Below, one piece after another: positions 50,128-63,139 of a stretch of DNA of 64,000 nucleotides. The notes under the pieces were generated by a model. It did not search any database, was not told the origin of the DNA, and saw nothing but the letters and a program-made list of their open reading frames with translations. This stretch comes from Azolla caroliniana (lineage: Eukaryota > Plantae > Polypodiophyta), in assembly GCA_043228905.1 (NCBI GenBank), contig JBHGNT010000012.1:2790001-2854000 (forward strand), read 5' to 3'. Position 1 is the first letter of the stretch. Each line of letters starts with the position of its first letter. Both the position numbers and the translations under genes were made by a program.

Positions 50128-50958
50128 CCCCCGAGATCAACACCACACCATGGCCCCACGCCTTGTCCTTCCTAAAAATCCTCTCGGCCTTCGCCGTCGA
50201 GAGAATCTCAATTCCGCTCATGGTTCGGCCGGACTGTCAAGAACTGAATGGAGTGTCAACCGTCCTGACTCTTCACCCTAGCGTAGGTTGAACCGTTGTC
50301 TATGACCTTTGTTTCCATCCGGGTTGTCGTGATGTAGGGAACGCCGAGGATGACCGGATGGGAGGATGTCTCCTACACGAAGAAGTGTCGATCGATCTCG
50401 ACATCCCCGACCTTCACTCGAACATTCGGGCATGCTCCGTGGCTCGAGTTGCCGCACGTATCTTCCACTTGTGCTTCATGTTGATCGGCCATTTACCCTT
50501 CTTGTAGAAATCCATGGACATTAAGTTAATCTCCGATCCGTGGTTGATTAGTGCTACCACTGGCTCTTGCAAGTCCCCGATCCGGACCGTGGTCTCTGTG
50601 GTAGCTCTTGCCCTGCTCGGCCTCATGTAGTGGCTTTCAGCGTATTCGTCCTCTACTTCCATCTCATCGATCATGGTCATCCTCACTTCGACCGACTTCT
50701 CGGCCTCCGGCTTCGTTGAAAGCATCTTCCTTTTTACCAGATCAACAATGTCTTCATGGAACTCCTTCGCTATCCCTAACACCTCCCTCAAGGGGAGCTC
50801 TACCCAGCTGTCGAGGATCCATTCCTCCAAGACCATCAGCAGGTCCGTCGTCCTCTCTATCTTCGAGCTAAAACTGAAAGCCTGGCAACCTCGTCTTCTC
50901 CTAGGAGCCGACTGGGCCTCCGTCATTCTTCTTCGGCGCACATCGGCTCTCATACCGG
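50128..50958 (-). mobile_element. Gypsy gag-protease fragment (separate family)
   Basis: ORF 50414-50953 reads VALINHGSEINLMS (degenerate protease), continuing HFFV...HPVILGVPY. Confidence 0.7.
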
Positions 50959-53900
50959 TGTCGTGGCAATCCGCGCTTGCATGTCGGTGTTACCCAGTCG
51001 GCAAAGGAGTTAAAGACCAGAATGTGAAAGGGATTGTATTCGGAATCTATTTTAATTAAGTAGAATAGATTATAATTATGTAGTGAATGGATGGACCGGA
51101 ATCGGTATGCCGATCCGGATCCGGACCGGTTTCGAATAGGTGCTGGTTGGCACCGTTTTGTACGCAGCACCTGTGACCTATATAAAGGCCCGGTTACAAG
51201 GTAAAACTTTAACGGAGAATTAATATAAGCTTCTTGTTTTATCTTCACGTATTGATTACTGTTCTGTATTAATTGTTATATCTTACGCGTGTATTAAGGG
51301 AATGCCTTATTGCTAAGTAGCCAATTAAGTCCGATTAATCGTTGTGTCTTAAGTTATCTCGCCGTAACACCCCTTTGGTGAAGTGTCTTCCGGAGACACC
51401 CTGTGTTAGGACATTGTCCGGCCCTAAGGATTAACACAGTTTTTGGCGACCACGATTCTTGCACAATCGTAGCGAACATCGGCGGGAATGGATGACGCGA
51501 CCAACGAACGACCCGGTTATGGAGCAAGCAAGGAGACTTGCTGAACGGCTGAGGAAGCGAGAGGCTTTCCAGCAAGCGGCAGAAGAAATCAGGCGGATCG
51601 CTCATTTTCCAAGGTGATCTGGAGAGTGGCCAAGGAGTCACTTCGGTTACCACAAAATGCCTACCCGGACGAAGGAAGCAGCCTAAGCAGCCTTCGGGAA
51701 GCGGAATCCCTTCTCCAAGCATTGGTAGCGGGGGAAGGCGAATCCGAAGCATTTTCGGCATTTGAATCGGGTTCGGACGGGGAATACAGCGCGCAGACGA
51801 ACTATTGTAGCAGTAACGATACCCCAGGCGGAACAAAGGACGAGGAGTCGGATACCTTGCCAACACCAGAACCCGAATTGACAAGGTTGGAACCTCCGGT
51901 ACCGGAAGTCGACCACACTTTGGAACCAGAAGTTGAGGATGAGAAGCCTCCGACACCGAAAGAGGAGTAGGAAAAACCTCCGTCGGCGACAGAAGACCGG
52001 GAAAAACCTTCGACACCAAAAGAGGAGGACGAACGACCACCGATACCACCAGCTCGTGTATCGACACTAGAAGACGATATGCCATTCCAATATCCCAGAT
52101 ACCGGGATGATCCGGACGCGGAAGCCCACGTCCATGCGTTTCAGCAGACCTGGGAGGCGAACCGTGTGTCCCAACGCTTAAATGCAGCCGAAGAGGAACG
52201 CTCAAAAAGGGCAGAGTTCGGCATGACCTTGGAGGGACTGGCCGCCAGATGGCACCGAACACAAGATCCCAGCACCATCCCCACATTTGAAACATTAAAG
52301 ACAATTTTTTTGCATTTCTTTCACAAGGAGATGGACCAACGGGAAATGGTAGGCTTATTTTACAATATCCGGTAGGAACCAACGGAGAATATTCAACAAT
52401 TTGTCATCCGGTTCTAGCGGATCCACAGTCAGCTCAGCCGGACACCACCGGAGGAAGAAACAAAGGCCATATTCTTAGCAGCCCTCTGGGAATCCTTACG
52501 TACGGTGTGCACCGTTATTGATTTCTGCACCAGTAGCATAGATCAAGTGATCAACCGAGTTCGGGAAATGGAAACCTCAAGTTCATGGCTAACCATGGGC
52601 GCACTTCAGCGTGCACTACCAACGGAAGAGGACCTTCGTTTCCGGCAAGCACTTCAATGCACGGCATGCCTGAATGCCGGACATTCGACGTTGGAATGCA
52701 CCATGCGTTCCCAATGCTTGCTCTGCCACTCCAGAAGTCACACAATGGAACGGGTTGAGTATAACTTGTTAAATCGGCAAGCACCACCGGTCCGGCAAAT
52801 TGAACCATGGAGCAACCAGGAGGAAGAAGAAGAACGCTGGCGGCGAGAGGAGCACTACCGATCGACACAATATGTCTGATACAACGTTTGAAGAGACGCT
52901 TATGACCGGTATGACAGACATGATAGATACCGGGACTATAATGGACGGTACGAGAGATACAACTGGGATCACTCCCCTGGTTACAACCACCGACGGGATG
53001 ACTATGGCAAGTATGACGAACAACACCGTCAAGGTTACCGAAACAAAAAGAATTTCAAGAAACGTCATTTCAACAAAAAGGGGGGTCATCCACGGGAACC
53101 GGAAAAGGGTGCTCCAAGCAGCCAACTGGACCAAAACCACACACTTACCACAGGACCTCCACCAAGCACACACACCGAATCCAGCAACACCCGGAAGCCG
53201 TACTGCTATTATTGCCGACAAGAAGGTCACTATAGGAATCAATGTCCGGCAAAGAGCTATGGCAAGCGACTAGCGGTGAACATGGTAGACGCGGAAGTCG
53301 CGGACATACAACAAGTCACTACAAGATCAAAAGGCAAAGCCACGGAGTGGGAAACTCAAGAAGCCATCCGGAAGCAGGCAACCGAATGGGTGAAGAAGGC
53401 AAATGAGCGGAATGCGGCGGAGCTCGAACAACAAAAGGAGAATGCCGAAGACCTCACCGGCCCGGGGCAACCCGAAAACCCAACATGGCAGGCGTTACAA
53501 GAATGCCAAATAACGTTGCCGTTAGGCGGGCTATTGCAACTAGTACCACGCTTCATGGAAGGACTGAAGACAGGAAGGACGGCAGCGGACACACCACTGG
53601 CTCCGGCATTCTTTTCAAATCCGGAGGAAGGACCGACAGTGGTGGACATGAGCAGTCCGACAATCACAACCATCGTGAAAGGAAATGAGCTACCGGGCAT
53701 TATTATCGATGGAGGATCCGGCGTGAACATGATCAACCTCCGAACATGTAACACTCTAGGAATCCATGACTAGGAACCGTGCCCATTTTGGCTTCGGATG
53801 GCGGACACAAGCTTAGTATGGCCGACCGGATTAATACGTGATCTGGAAGTGATCATCGGGGGTCACACATTTCGCATTTCCACAGTAGTTCTCCAGCTAC

Positions 53901-54121
53901 AGGCTCAAGGAGCTTACCCACTATTGTTGGGACGCCCTTGGTTAAAAACAACACACATCAAGCAAAATTGGAGGAAGAATATAATTACGTTTCAGCGTGG
54001 AAAAGCGAAAGTACGAGTACTAACTCAACCACGATCCGGTACCGGCAAGGAATCAATGCCGCTATATGCGGAATGTGTCAACATGCTGGAAGGATTGGCG
54101 GACGAAGAGGTAGATCAATAC

Positions 54122-57100
54122 TGACAGGAACTAAACGCTCCCCTATACGCAACGCTCGGCCACAACCAAGCTTAGATTCATGCACAGAAAATGGGAAATG
54201 AAAGCACGACACAAAGAGGAGAAGAGTACACAGGATGTTTACGTGGAAAACCCAAAGAGGGAAAAACCACGGCAGCCCACAGACTGCAAACTATCACTAT
54301 GCTAGAATGTACAACAGTGAGTTCACGGAGGCAACGACCTCGTGCTCACGATCCTCGCCACAGGCGGCGGTTACAACAGAGGCAACGATCTCTTGCTCTC
54401 TCTATCTCTGTACACTATTACACGCTCACTCTATTCTTGCACCAACAAGAATAACAACAACAACAGTCATAAAAAAAAAGGTTTGCCCTAAGTCATATTT
54501 ATACTAATATGACTTTTCGGCTGTTTACAAATATAGCCACGATGGACTCTTAGAAACATATTTACAAATATGTCTCTTCATCCGGAGAGCACTCCTCACC
54601 GGGCCTGCATCATCCGGATCTTGCCGGGTACTCCTCATCCGGTTCTTCATCGGGTCTGTACCATTCGGCTCTCCGTAGCTGGGTACTCCTCATCCGGTTC
54701 TCACCGGGTCTGCACCATCCGGTTCTCCGTAGCCGGGTCTGCACCATTCGGCTCTCCGTAGCCGGGTACTCCTCATCCGGTTCTCACTGGGTTTGCACCA
54801 TCCGACTCTCCGTAGCTGGGTACTCCTCATCTGGTTTCGGCCTCGGCCGAGTTTGCTTATCAGCACTGTTCTTCTCCCTTCCCATCCGGAGGGACCTGTC
54901 TCCCAACAAACTCCCCCTTCACTCTGGCATGGGGTGTCTTACTAGACCGATCCTCTTCCGACATGCATCCAGCTTGTCGGGTATCAACACTTTGGTCAGC
55001 ATATCTGACCCGTTCTCGACCGTGTGGATCTTCGTCAGTGCGAACTCCTGGTCATCTACTCTTTCCCGGATCCAGTGATATCTGCGCTGGATATGCTTCG
55101 TCCGGGAATAATAGGCCGCATTCTTAGCAAGGTGGATGGCACTTTGACTGTCACAATAGAGCCGATATTCATCTTGCCGGATACCGAGCTCTCCGATGAA
55201 GTCCTTCATCCATAAGATTTCCTTGCCGGCTTCCACAGCCGCCATGTACTCCGCCTCTGTGGTTGACAACACAACCGTCTTCTGCAGCCTCGACTACCAC
55301 GAAACAACTCCCCCTGCATATGTCATTACATACCCAGATATGGATCGGCTGGTATCCACATCAGCCGACATGTCCGAATCGGTAAAACCGTCAAGTTGAG
55401 GTTTTCCGGAGCCGAATCGGAGACACATATGCGAGGTGCCCTTCAAGTACTGGAGTATCCATTTGACTGTGTTCCAGTGCTCCTCGCCGGGATTGCTCAT
55501 GAACCGGCTCACCACTCCGACTGCATATCCTATATCCGGTCGGGTACACACCATTGCATACATTAAGCTCACGACGGCAGAGGCATATGGAATCTTCCTC
55601 ATATCCGCCTTCTCCGCTTTTGTCTTCGGGCTTTGCTTACCGGATAACTTGCAGTTTGCTGGAAGTGTCGATCCGACCGGTTTCGCATCTGACATGTTGA
55701 ACCGGTGAAACACCTTTGTCACGTACTTCTCCTGTGACAGCCATAATTGCTTCGCTGACCGGTTCCGGATAATATGCATCCCCAACATCTGTCTTGCCGG
55801 ACCCAAGTCTTTCATTGAGAAGGTCCGGTTGAGAGCCTTCTTCAGCATCCGTATTTTGACTTGGTCCCGTCCGACGATCAACATGTCGTCCACATACAGA
55901 AGGAGTATCAGGAAGTCGCCTCCTTCAAACTTCTTCACAAACACGCAGTGATCGGCCTGCGTCTTGTGGTACCCTTGACCGGTCATGAAGGAGTCGAACT
56001 TCCGGTACCATTGCCGGGGGGCCTGCTTTAACCCGTAGAGGCTCTTCTTCAACCGGCAAACTAGGTGCTCCTTCCCTTTCTCCAGGAATCCTTCCAGTTG
56101 CTGCATGTAGATCTCTTCTTCGAGGTCACTGTGAAGGAATGCCGTCTTCACGTCTAACTGCTCTACCTCGAGGTCCATGCTTGCCGCTATACTCAGCAAC
56201 GTCCGGATGGAGGTTATCTTTACTACCGGGGCGAATATCTCGTCGAAGTCCACACCCTTCTTCTGCTGGAACCCCTTCACCACGATCCTGGCTTTGTATG
56301 TTGGGGGTTGCCGGCATCTCCCGGTTTCAACTTGTACACCCACTTGTTTCGGAGTGCCCGCTTTCCTTTCGGCAACTCCACCAATTCGTACGTATGGTTC
56401 TCATGTAGGGAATCCATCTCATCTTGCATGGCACTTAACCATTTTCGGTTGTGGGTGTCTTCCTTCGCTTCTTCGAAGCTTTCCGGCTCCCCCTCATCGG
56501 TCAACAGAACATGATCTGCATCCGGAAATCTCCGGGGGGCCCTTCTCTCTCTGAGAGGATATCTCCGTCTCTGGGCTTCGGTGACCGGCTCATCCATCTG
56601 CGATTCATCCAAATCCGATTCGGGGTCTTGGCCGGTTCCGGTTTCAGCTTCCTCTAGTTCTTCTTCAGCCCGTTCGGTATCCTCACCGTAACCGTCTGGT
56701 CCCTCGAGTGCTAACCGGTCTCTTGCTGGTTGGGTCTGCTCATCGTAGAGTCGATCCTTACCGGTCGATTCGGAGTCCATTATCTTCTTCTCCGACTCCA
56801 AGTCGGCGAGCATCTTGTTCTCCATGAAGATAATATCTCGACTCCGGAATACCTTCTTGTCGACCAGGTCCCACACTCGGTAGCCGAACTCATCCTCACC
56901 ATAACCGAGGAATATGCATGGCCGGGTCTTTGGATTTAACTTTCCTCTCCGGTCCTTAGCTACATGCACGTACGCGAGACACCCGAACACCTTCAGATGC
57001 CGGTAGGATACTTCCTTACCGGTCCACACTCTCTGTGGCGTGTCTCCGTCCAAGGGTACTGAGGGTGATCTATTTATCACATATGTCGCCGTCGACAGTG

Positions 57101-59780
57101 CCTCTGCCCAAAACTTCTTGGGTAGTTTTGCATGCGCTAGCATACTCCGGACCCTCTCCATTATGGTCCGGTTCATCCTCTTGGCTAGTCCGTTTAGTTT
57201 CGGCGTCTTCGGCACGGTAAATTCAAGCCGGATTCCCTTCGAGCGGCAATACTCCTCGAACTGCCCCCGATATTCTCCTCCGTTATCTGCTCGAACCGCC
57301 TTCAGCTTCCGGCCGGTTTCTCTTTCCACTCTCGCGTGGAGCTCTTTGAAGACGGATAACACCTGATCCTTCGTCTTCAACGGTGTGGCCCACAACTTCC
57401 GGCTGTGGTCATCTATGAACGCCACGAAGTACTGCGCTCCGGCATGTGACTTCGTGTCTACTTGACACACATCTGTATGCACCAACTCCAGTGGTGCATT
57501 ACGTCTCATCGGTGGCCTTGGTCGGAAGGAGGTCCGGTTCTGCTTACCGGCCAGACAATAAGTGCACTTCTCTAAGTGCACGTTCTTCACTAGAATGAGG
57601 TTGTCGTCTGCAAGCCTCTTCATCCCCTTCTCGCTCATATGACACAGCCTCTTGTGCCACAGCTCACCGGCAGTGTCGGATGCCACGTGCACTTCTTCCG
57701 GGCATAACCGGGCATTCATCAGGTACAGTGTGTTTACCTTCCGGGCCCGAGCCACAATCAGGCTCCCTTTGCTGAACTTCATGACACCGTTCCAGATGCT
57801 ACCCATGTAGCCCTCATCATCTAGCCGATCGGCTAATATCAGGTTCAGTCGAACCTCCGGAACGTGTCGGACATTCCTCAGCAGCAACTTGCATCCGGTT
57901 GGTGTCGACAACCACACGTCTCCTATGCCGACAATTCGGCATGTACCTTCATTCCCCATCCGGACACAGCCGTGATCACCGGCTGAGTAGGATGAGAAGC
58001 ATTTCCGGTCCGGGGTAAGGTGGAACGACGCTCCGGAGTCTACCACCCAAGTCATCTCGTCGCCGGCAAGGTTTATCTCACTCTCCTCGGTGATGAGCAT
58101 CAACTCCTCTTCACTTGCCGCGATTGCCGTCGTTCCTTTCCGGTCCGGTCCCCTACGGTCTTTACCGTTCCGGTCCGGTGTCCGCTTCGAATCGGTGCCG
58201 TCGGTTTCCTTGTCTTTACGGAAGTGCTGACAGTTCTTCTGGAAGTGTCCTGGCTTGCCGCAATAGAAGCAAGTAGGCCTCCCCCTTGACTTTGACCGTG
58301 TCCCCGACTTCTCCCGGTTCTGGGGACTATGGTTTCTATGTCTTCCGCGTTCCGATTCAGTAAGGAGCGCTTCGGAGTCGGAGCTCGTATCCTTATCTTT
58401 CCGACGCGCCTCCTCATCTAGCAGGCTCGACTTCACTCTTGCTAGGGATAACCGTTTTCCTTCCGGCCCGGCGTTGCCCAAAGTGACAACCAACGTCTCC
58501 CAGCTATCCGGGAGGGAACCGAGTAAGAGTAGCGCTAGTACCTCGTAGGCGAGAGGTACTTCCAATGATGTTGCCTGGTGTATCAGCCCCTGGAAGGCTT
58601 TCATGTGCTCCGCCATGATGGAGCCATCTTGGTACCGGAGTCTTACTAGCTTCCGGAATACCGAAACCTGATTAACAACATTCTTGTTTTGAAACATTAT
58701 GCCGATCTTCTCCCAGAGCTCATGAGCCTTGCTCTCTTCATTGAAGTTGTTGTACAGGCTCATGTCGATGAAGCACCGTATGTACGTCGTTGTCTTCATG
58801 TGCATCACCTCCCATATCGCGGCGTCGATTTTGTCCGGTCTCTTGTCTCCGAACTGAACCGGCAGCCAGAGGTCTTTAACCATGAGCATGTCCCTCATCT
58901 TTGACTTCCACACCCAATAGTTGGAGCCAATGAGCTTGAACATGGCTACCAACGAATCGTCCATTTTCTGTGTCATTTCGCTCTGATACCATTTGACAGG
59001 AACTAAACGCTCCCCTATACGCAATGCTCGGCCACAACCAAGCTTAGATTCATGCACAGAAAACCGGAAATGAAAGCACGACACAAAGAGGAGAAGAGTA
59101 CACAGGATGTTTACGTGGAAAACCCAAAGAGGGAAAAACCACGGCAGCCCACAGATTGCAAACTATCACTATGCTAGAATGTACAACAGTGAGTTCACGG
59201 AGGCAACGACCTCGTGCTCACGATCCTCGCTACAGGCGGCGGTTACAACAGAGGCAACGATCTCTTGCTCTCTCTATCTCTGTACACTATTACACGCTCA
59301 CTCTATTCTTGCACCAACAAGAATAACAACAACAACAATCATAAAAAAAAAGGTTTGCCCTAAGTCATATTTATACTAATATGACTTTTCGGCTATTTAC
59401 AAATATAGCCATGATGGACTCTCAGAAACATATTTATAAATATGTCTCTTCTTCCGGAGAGCACTCCTCACCGGGCCTGCATCATCCGGATCTTGTCGGG
59501 TACTCCTCATCCGGTTCTTCACCGGGTCTGTACCATCCGGCTCTCCGTAGCCTGGTACTCCTCATCCGGTTCTCACCGGGTTTGCACCATCCGGTTCTCC
59601 GTAGCCGGGTCTGCACCATCCGGCTCTCCGTAGCAGGGTACTCCTCATCCGGTTCTCACCGGGTCTGCACCATCCGACTCTCCGTAGCCAGGTACTCCTC
59701 ATCCGGTTTCGGCCTCGGCCGAGTTTGCTTATCAGCACTGTTCTTCTCCCTTCCCATCTGGAGGGACCTGTCTCCCAACA
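54122..59780 (-). mobile_element. Copia LTR retrotransposon C, near-intact, TSD AATAC
   Basis: Two 787-bp LTRs (54122-54908, 58994-59780) differing at about 25 positions by hand count; PBS TGGTATCAGAGC at 58991-58980; PPT GAAGGGGGAG next to 54909. Gag-pol runs from about 58975 to 54919 with one frameshift (about 56320) and one stop (55294). AATAC at 54117-54121 and 59781-59785. Confidence 0.97.
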
Positions 59781-62700
59781 AATACTTACAGGAAAATCCG
59801 AAGATCGTACCTCTGTTCGAGATTGATGTAGCCGAAGTAGTATCACCGTACATACTGCAACCGGAAGGGACCGAGGAGGAACCAGATAAAGAAGCAATCT
59901 AGGAATTACGGCAAGCACATGAGGCACTGGAAAGAGAAATGGCAGTGTCGCAGCGCGTGAAAGCATCCCAACTAGAAGAGGTAAACCTAGGTACCACAGA
60001 GGACACAAGACCGGTGCACATCGCCAAGGAAATGACCCCAGAGAACAAAACGGCAATGATCACACTCCTAAAAGAATTTTGTGATGTGTTCGCCTGGTCC
60101 TACGAGGACATGCGGGGACTCGATCCTCAGTTGTATCAACACCAGATACATTTGAGTAAAGACGCCAAACCGGTAGTGCAACGATGTTACCGGATGAACC
60201 CGAATTACGCAGCAAAAGTCAAAGAAGAAGTCGACAAATTGCTAAGAGTGAGCTTTATCCGATCGGTAAAGAAAGCCACATGGCTCAGTCCGATAGTAGT
60301 AGTACCCAAAAGAACGGTAAGATAAGTGTGTGCGTCGACTACCGGAAATTGAATGCGGCTACAGTAACGGACGTCTTCCCGCTTCCATTCATGGACGGAG
60401 TCTTGGATGCGGTCGCCGGTCATGAGGTGTACAGTTTTCTGGACGGTTTCAACGGCTATAATCAGATCCAGATGCACCCCGCCGACCAGGAGAAAACCGC
60501 TTTTATCACCGAATGGGGAGTCTTTGTTGCCGTAGTGATGATGTTCGGACTGAAAACGACGCTGACAACCTTCCAGCGAATCATCATGGAGATTTTCGGA
60601 GAATTCATTCCGACATTCATTCAGGTGTTCTTGGAAGACTTTGTTGTTTATAGCCAGGAAGGGGATCACCTTCAACACCTCCAACTATGTTTGGAGAAAT
60701 GTAGGGTTTACCGACTAAGCCTGAACCCGGCAAAATGCGTGTTCAGAGTAACCAGAGGAGCGTTACTGCGCCACATAGTGAGCAAGGACGGTATCGTAGT
60801 GGATCCGGACAAAGTAAAAGCAATCATGGAGGCACCGGCACCAGCCATGACAAAGGCACTAAGCCGGTTCTTAGGAAAACTTTGGTGGCATAGCCGAATG
60901 CTCAGGTATCTGGCAGACCTGGCTACACCACTGCATGCCGCGGTACATCGGACACTGTTCCGAGGCACAGACACAGAAGACCAGGCTTATCGGGCACTAA
61001 AAGTACTGTTGTCACAAGCGCCGGTGGTGCAACCTCCGGATTGGTCTAAAGAGTTCCATGTGTTCGTTGACGCGTCCGACATCGCAATCGGGAGCGCGCT
61101 GATGCAACTTATAGAACCAAAATGGTACCGATCAGTGTATTATGCCAGCCGGAAGCTGTCCCAAGCGAAACGTAATTATTCTACAACGGAAAGGGAGGCC
61201 TTGGGTATGATCTACAGTGTCACCAATTTTAGACACTATCTATTGGGAAGGAAATTTTCCTTTCATGTAGATCATTTGGCGCTCCTCTACTTGGTGTCCA
61301 AAGCATCACTCATCGGTAAGCTGGCCCGATGGACGTTACTATTACAAGAATTCGAGTTCGAGATATTCCACCGACCCGACATACAACATGTGGTAGCAGA
61401 CTATTTAAGCCGGTTAGATTCCGGCGAAACCGGTGACGGCGTCCCATATGACTTTCCGGATGCAGAGCTGTTTAGAGTCACATTAGAAACGGCATCGGAT
61501 AGTACGGTCGCAGAGGAAGACAAGTGGTTCACCAACATGCACCAATTTGTGAGCACCGGCTTACCTCCGGAGGGGATGAACAGAGATGAAAGGAAACGCT
61601 TAGCGGTTCAAAGCCGGCACTTTTGTCTATTACAGAACAAATTATACCACAAAGGCGCAGATGGCATATGGCGGCGTGTAGTGCGTAGCGACGAAAAGGA
61701 AATAATATTGTGCGAAGCACATTGCGGCGTGGCTGGAGGACATTATGCCGGAGACGCTACGGCAAGGAAAATATGGCAGAGTGGATTATGGTGGCCGACA
61801 ACATTGAAGGATGCAGTCCGTTACACTAAAGAATGCGACCTATGTCAACGAATGGGCCAACCAACCGAACAAGCAAGAATGCCTCACTAGCCCGTGCTAC
61901 CGTTAGAACCATTTCAGAAATGGGGGTTGGATTTTGTCGATCCCTTCAAACCATCGGCAATGAGAATCGGCAACCGGTACGTGAACATCGCTACAGATTA
62001 CTGCACAAAATGGGTGGAGGCCAAAGCACTACGCGACAACACCGCGACATCCACGACAACATTTTTATATGAATGCATCTGGTGCCGGTATGGATGTCCG
62101 ATAGAGCTCATAAGTGACCAAGTAGTGGAAAGTTTGACGACATTTTATGTGGTGGTGCACAAACGGAGCACTCCCTATTATCCGCAAGCCAACGGATTAG
62201 CTGAGTCAACAAATAAAACACTACAGAACATCCTACGAAAAATCATCAATGAGAACCAGATGGATTGGGATACGAAGCTACACAGTGCCCTCTGGGCCTA
62301 CCGAACGGCATATAAGACAAGTATCCGCACAACACCGTTTCGCCTAGCATTCGGATTGGAAGCAGTGATGCCGGTAGAGTTCCAGGTACCGAGTTTACAA
62401 ATACAGATTCAGGAACACCTAAATGAGAAGGAATCAGAAGCTATCCGGTTAGTTGCGCTGTGCGAATTGGAAGAACACCAGCTTGCTAGCATCATGCACC
62501 TAGAACTAGAGCAACGGCGAAGGAAGGCGTTCGTGGATCGTCACCGGAAAGGGAACGAAAAGATGTTCGAAATCGGTAAACCGGTACTAGTATTCCAGAC
62601 CCGGATGGGTAAGATGGCAGGAAAGCTACGGTTTCGGTGGACTGGACCATACTGGATTACGCGTGAGTTCAACGGTTCCTACCAATTAGGGACACTCGCC

Positions 62701-63139
62701 GGTGAGGTTCTAGGTAAATGGGTAAATGGGTTCCAACTCAAACCATACAATGGACCCATGCCAAGAAACCCATTTGAACAAGTAAAGGCCGACACAAAAC
62801 CGGACACCGGTAAGTCGGAAGAGACAGCCACACGTTCAGCAATCGGCAAGCGCGAAGCCGGTCAGAGGGAGCACGAGCTGGCAAACGACAACAATGATGC
62901 AACGGCAAGCAGTCCAGCGGCCGGCAAGTTCCACAACCTGGATAGGGGTCCAGTGGGACCGGATGCGAATTAACAAAACCATTTTTATCTTAAAAATAAA
63001 AATAAAAATAATAATAATAATAAAATCAAAGTAAATCATGCAAGGGCGAGGGTAACGGACACATGCAAGAACAAGGAGTGAACAAGCACTTTGAAAAGGT
63101 ACGAAGTGGGCTATTAATAGGGTATTAAACCACCGCCAC

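Noticed and set aside
51354-52382. 342-aa antisense ORF in the Gypsy 5' region
   Set aside because: It is the shadow of a GC-rich gag frame and has no recognisable domain.
58976-59084. N-terminal 36 aa of the 935-aa ORF as part of Gag
   Set aside because: This stretch is read-through from LTR and PBS sequence; the real start is probably at 58975 or the next Met.
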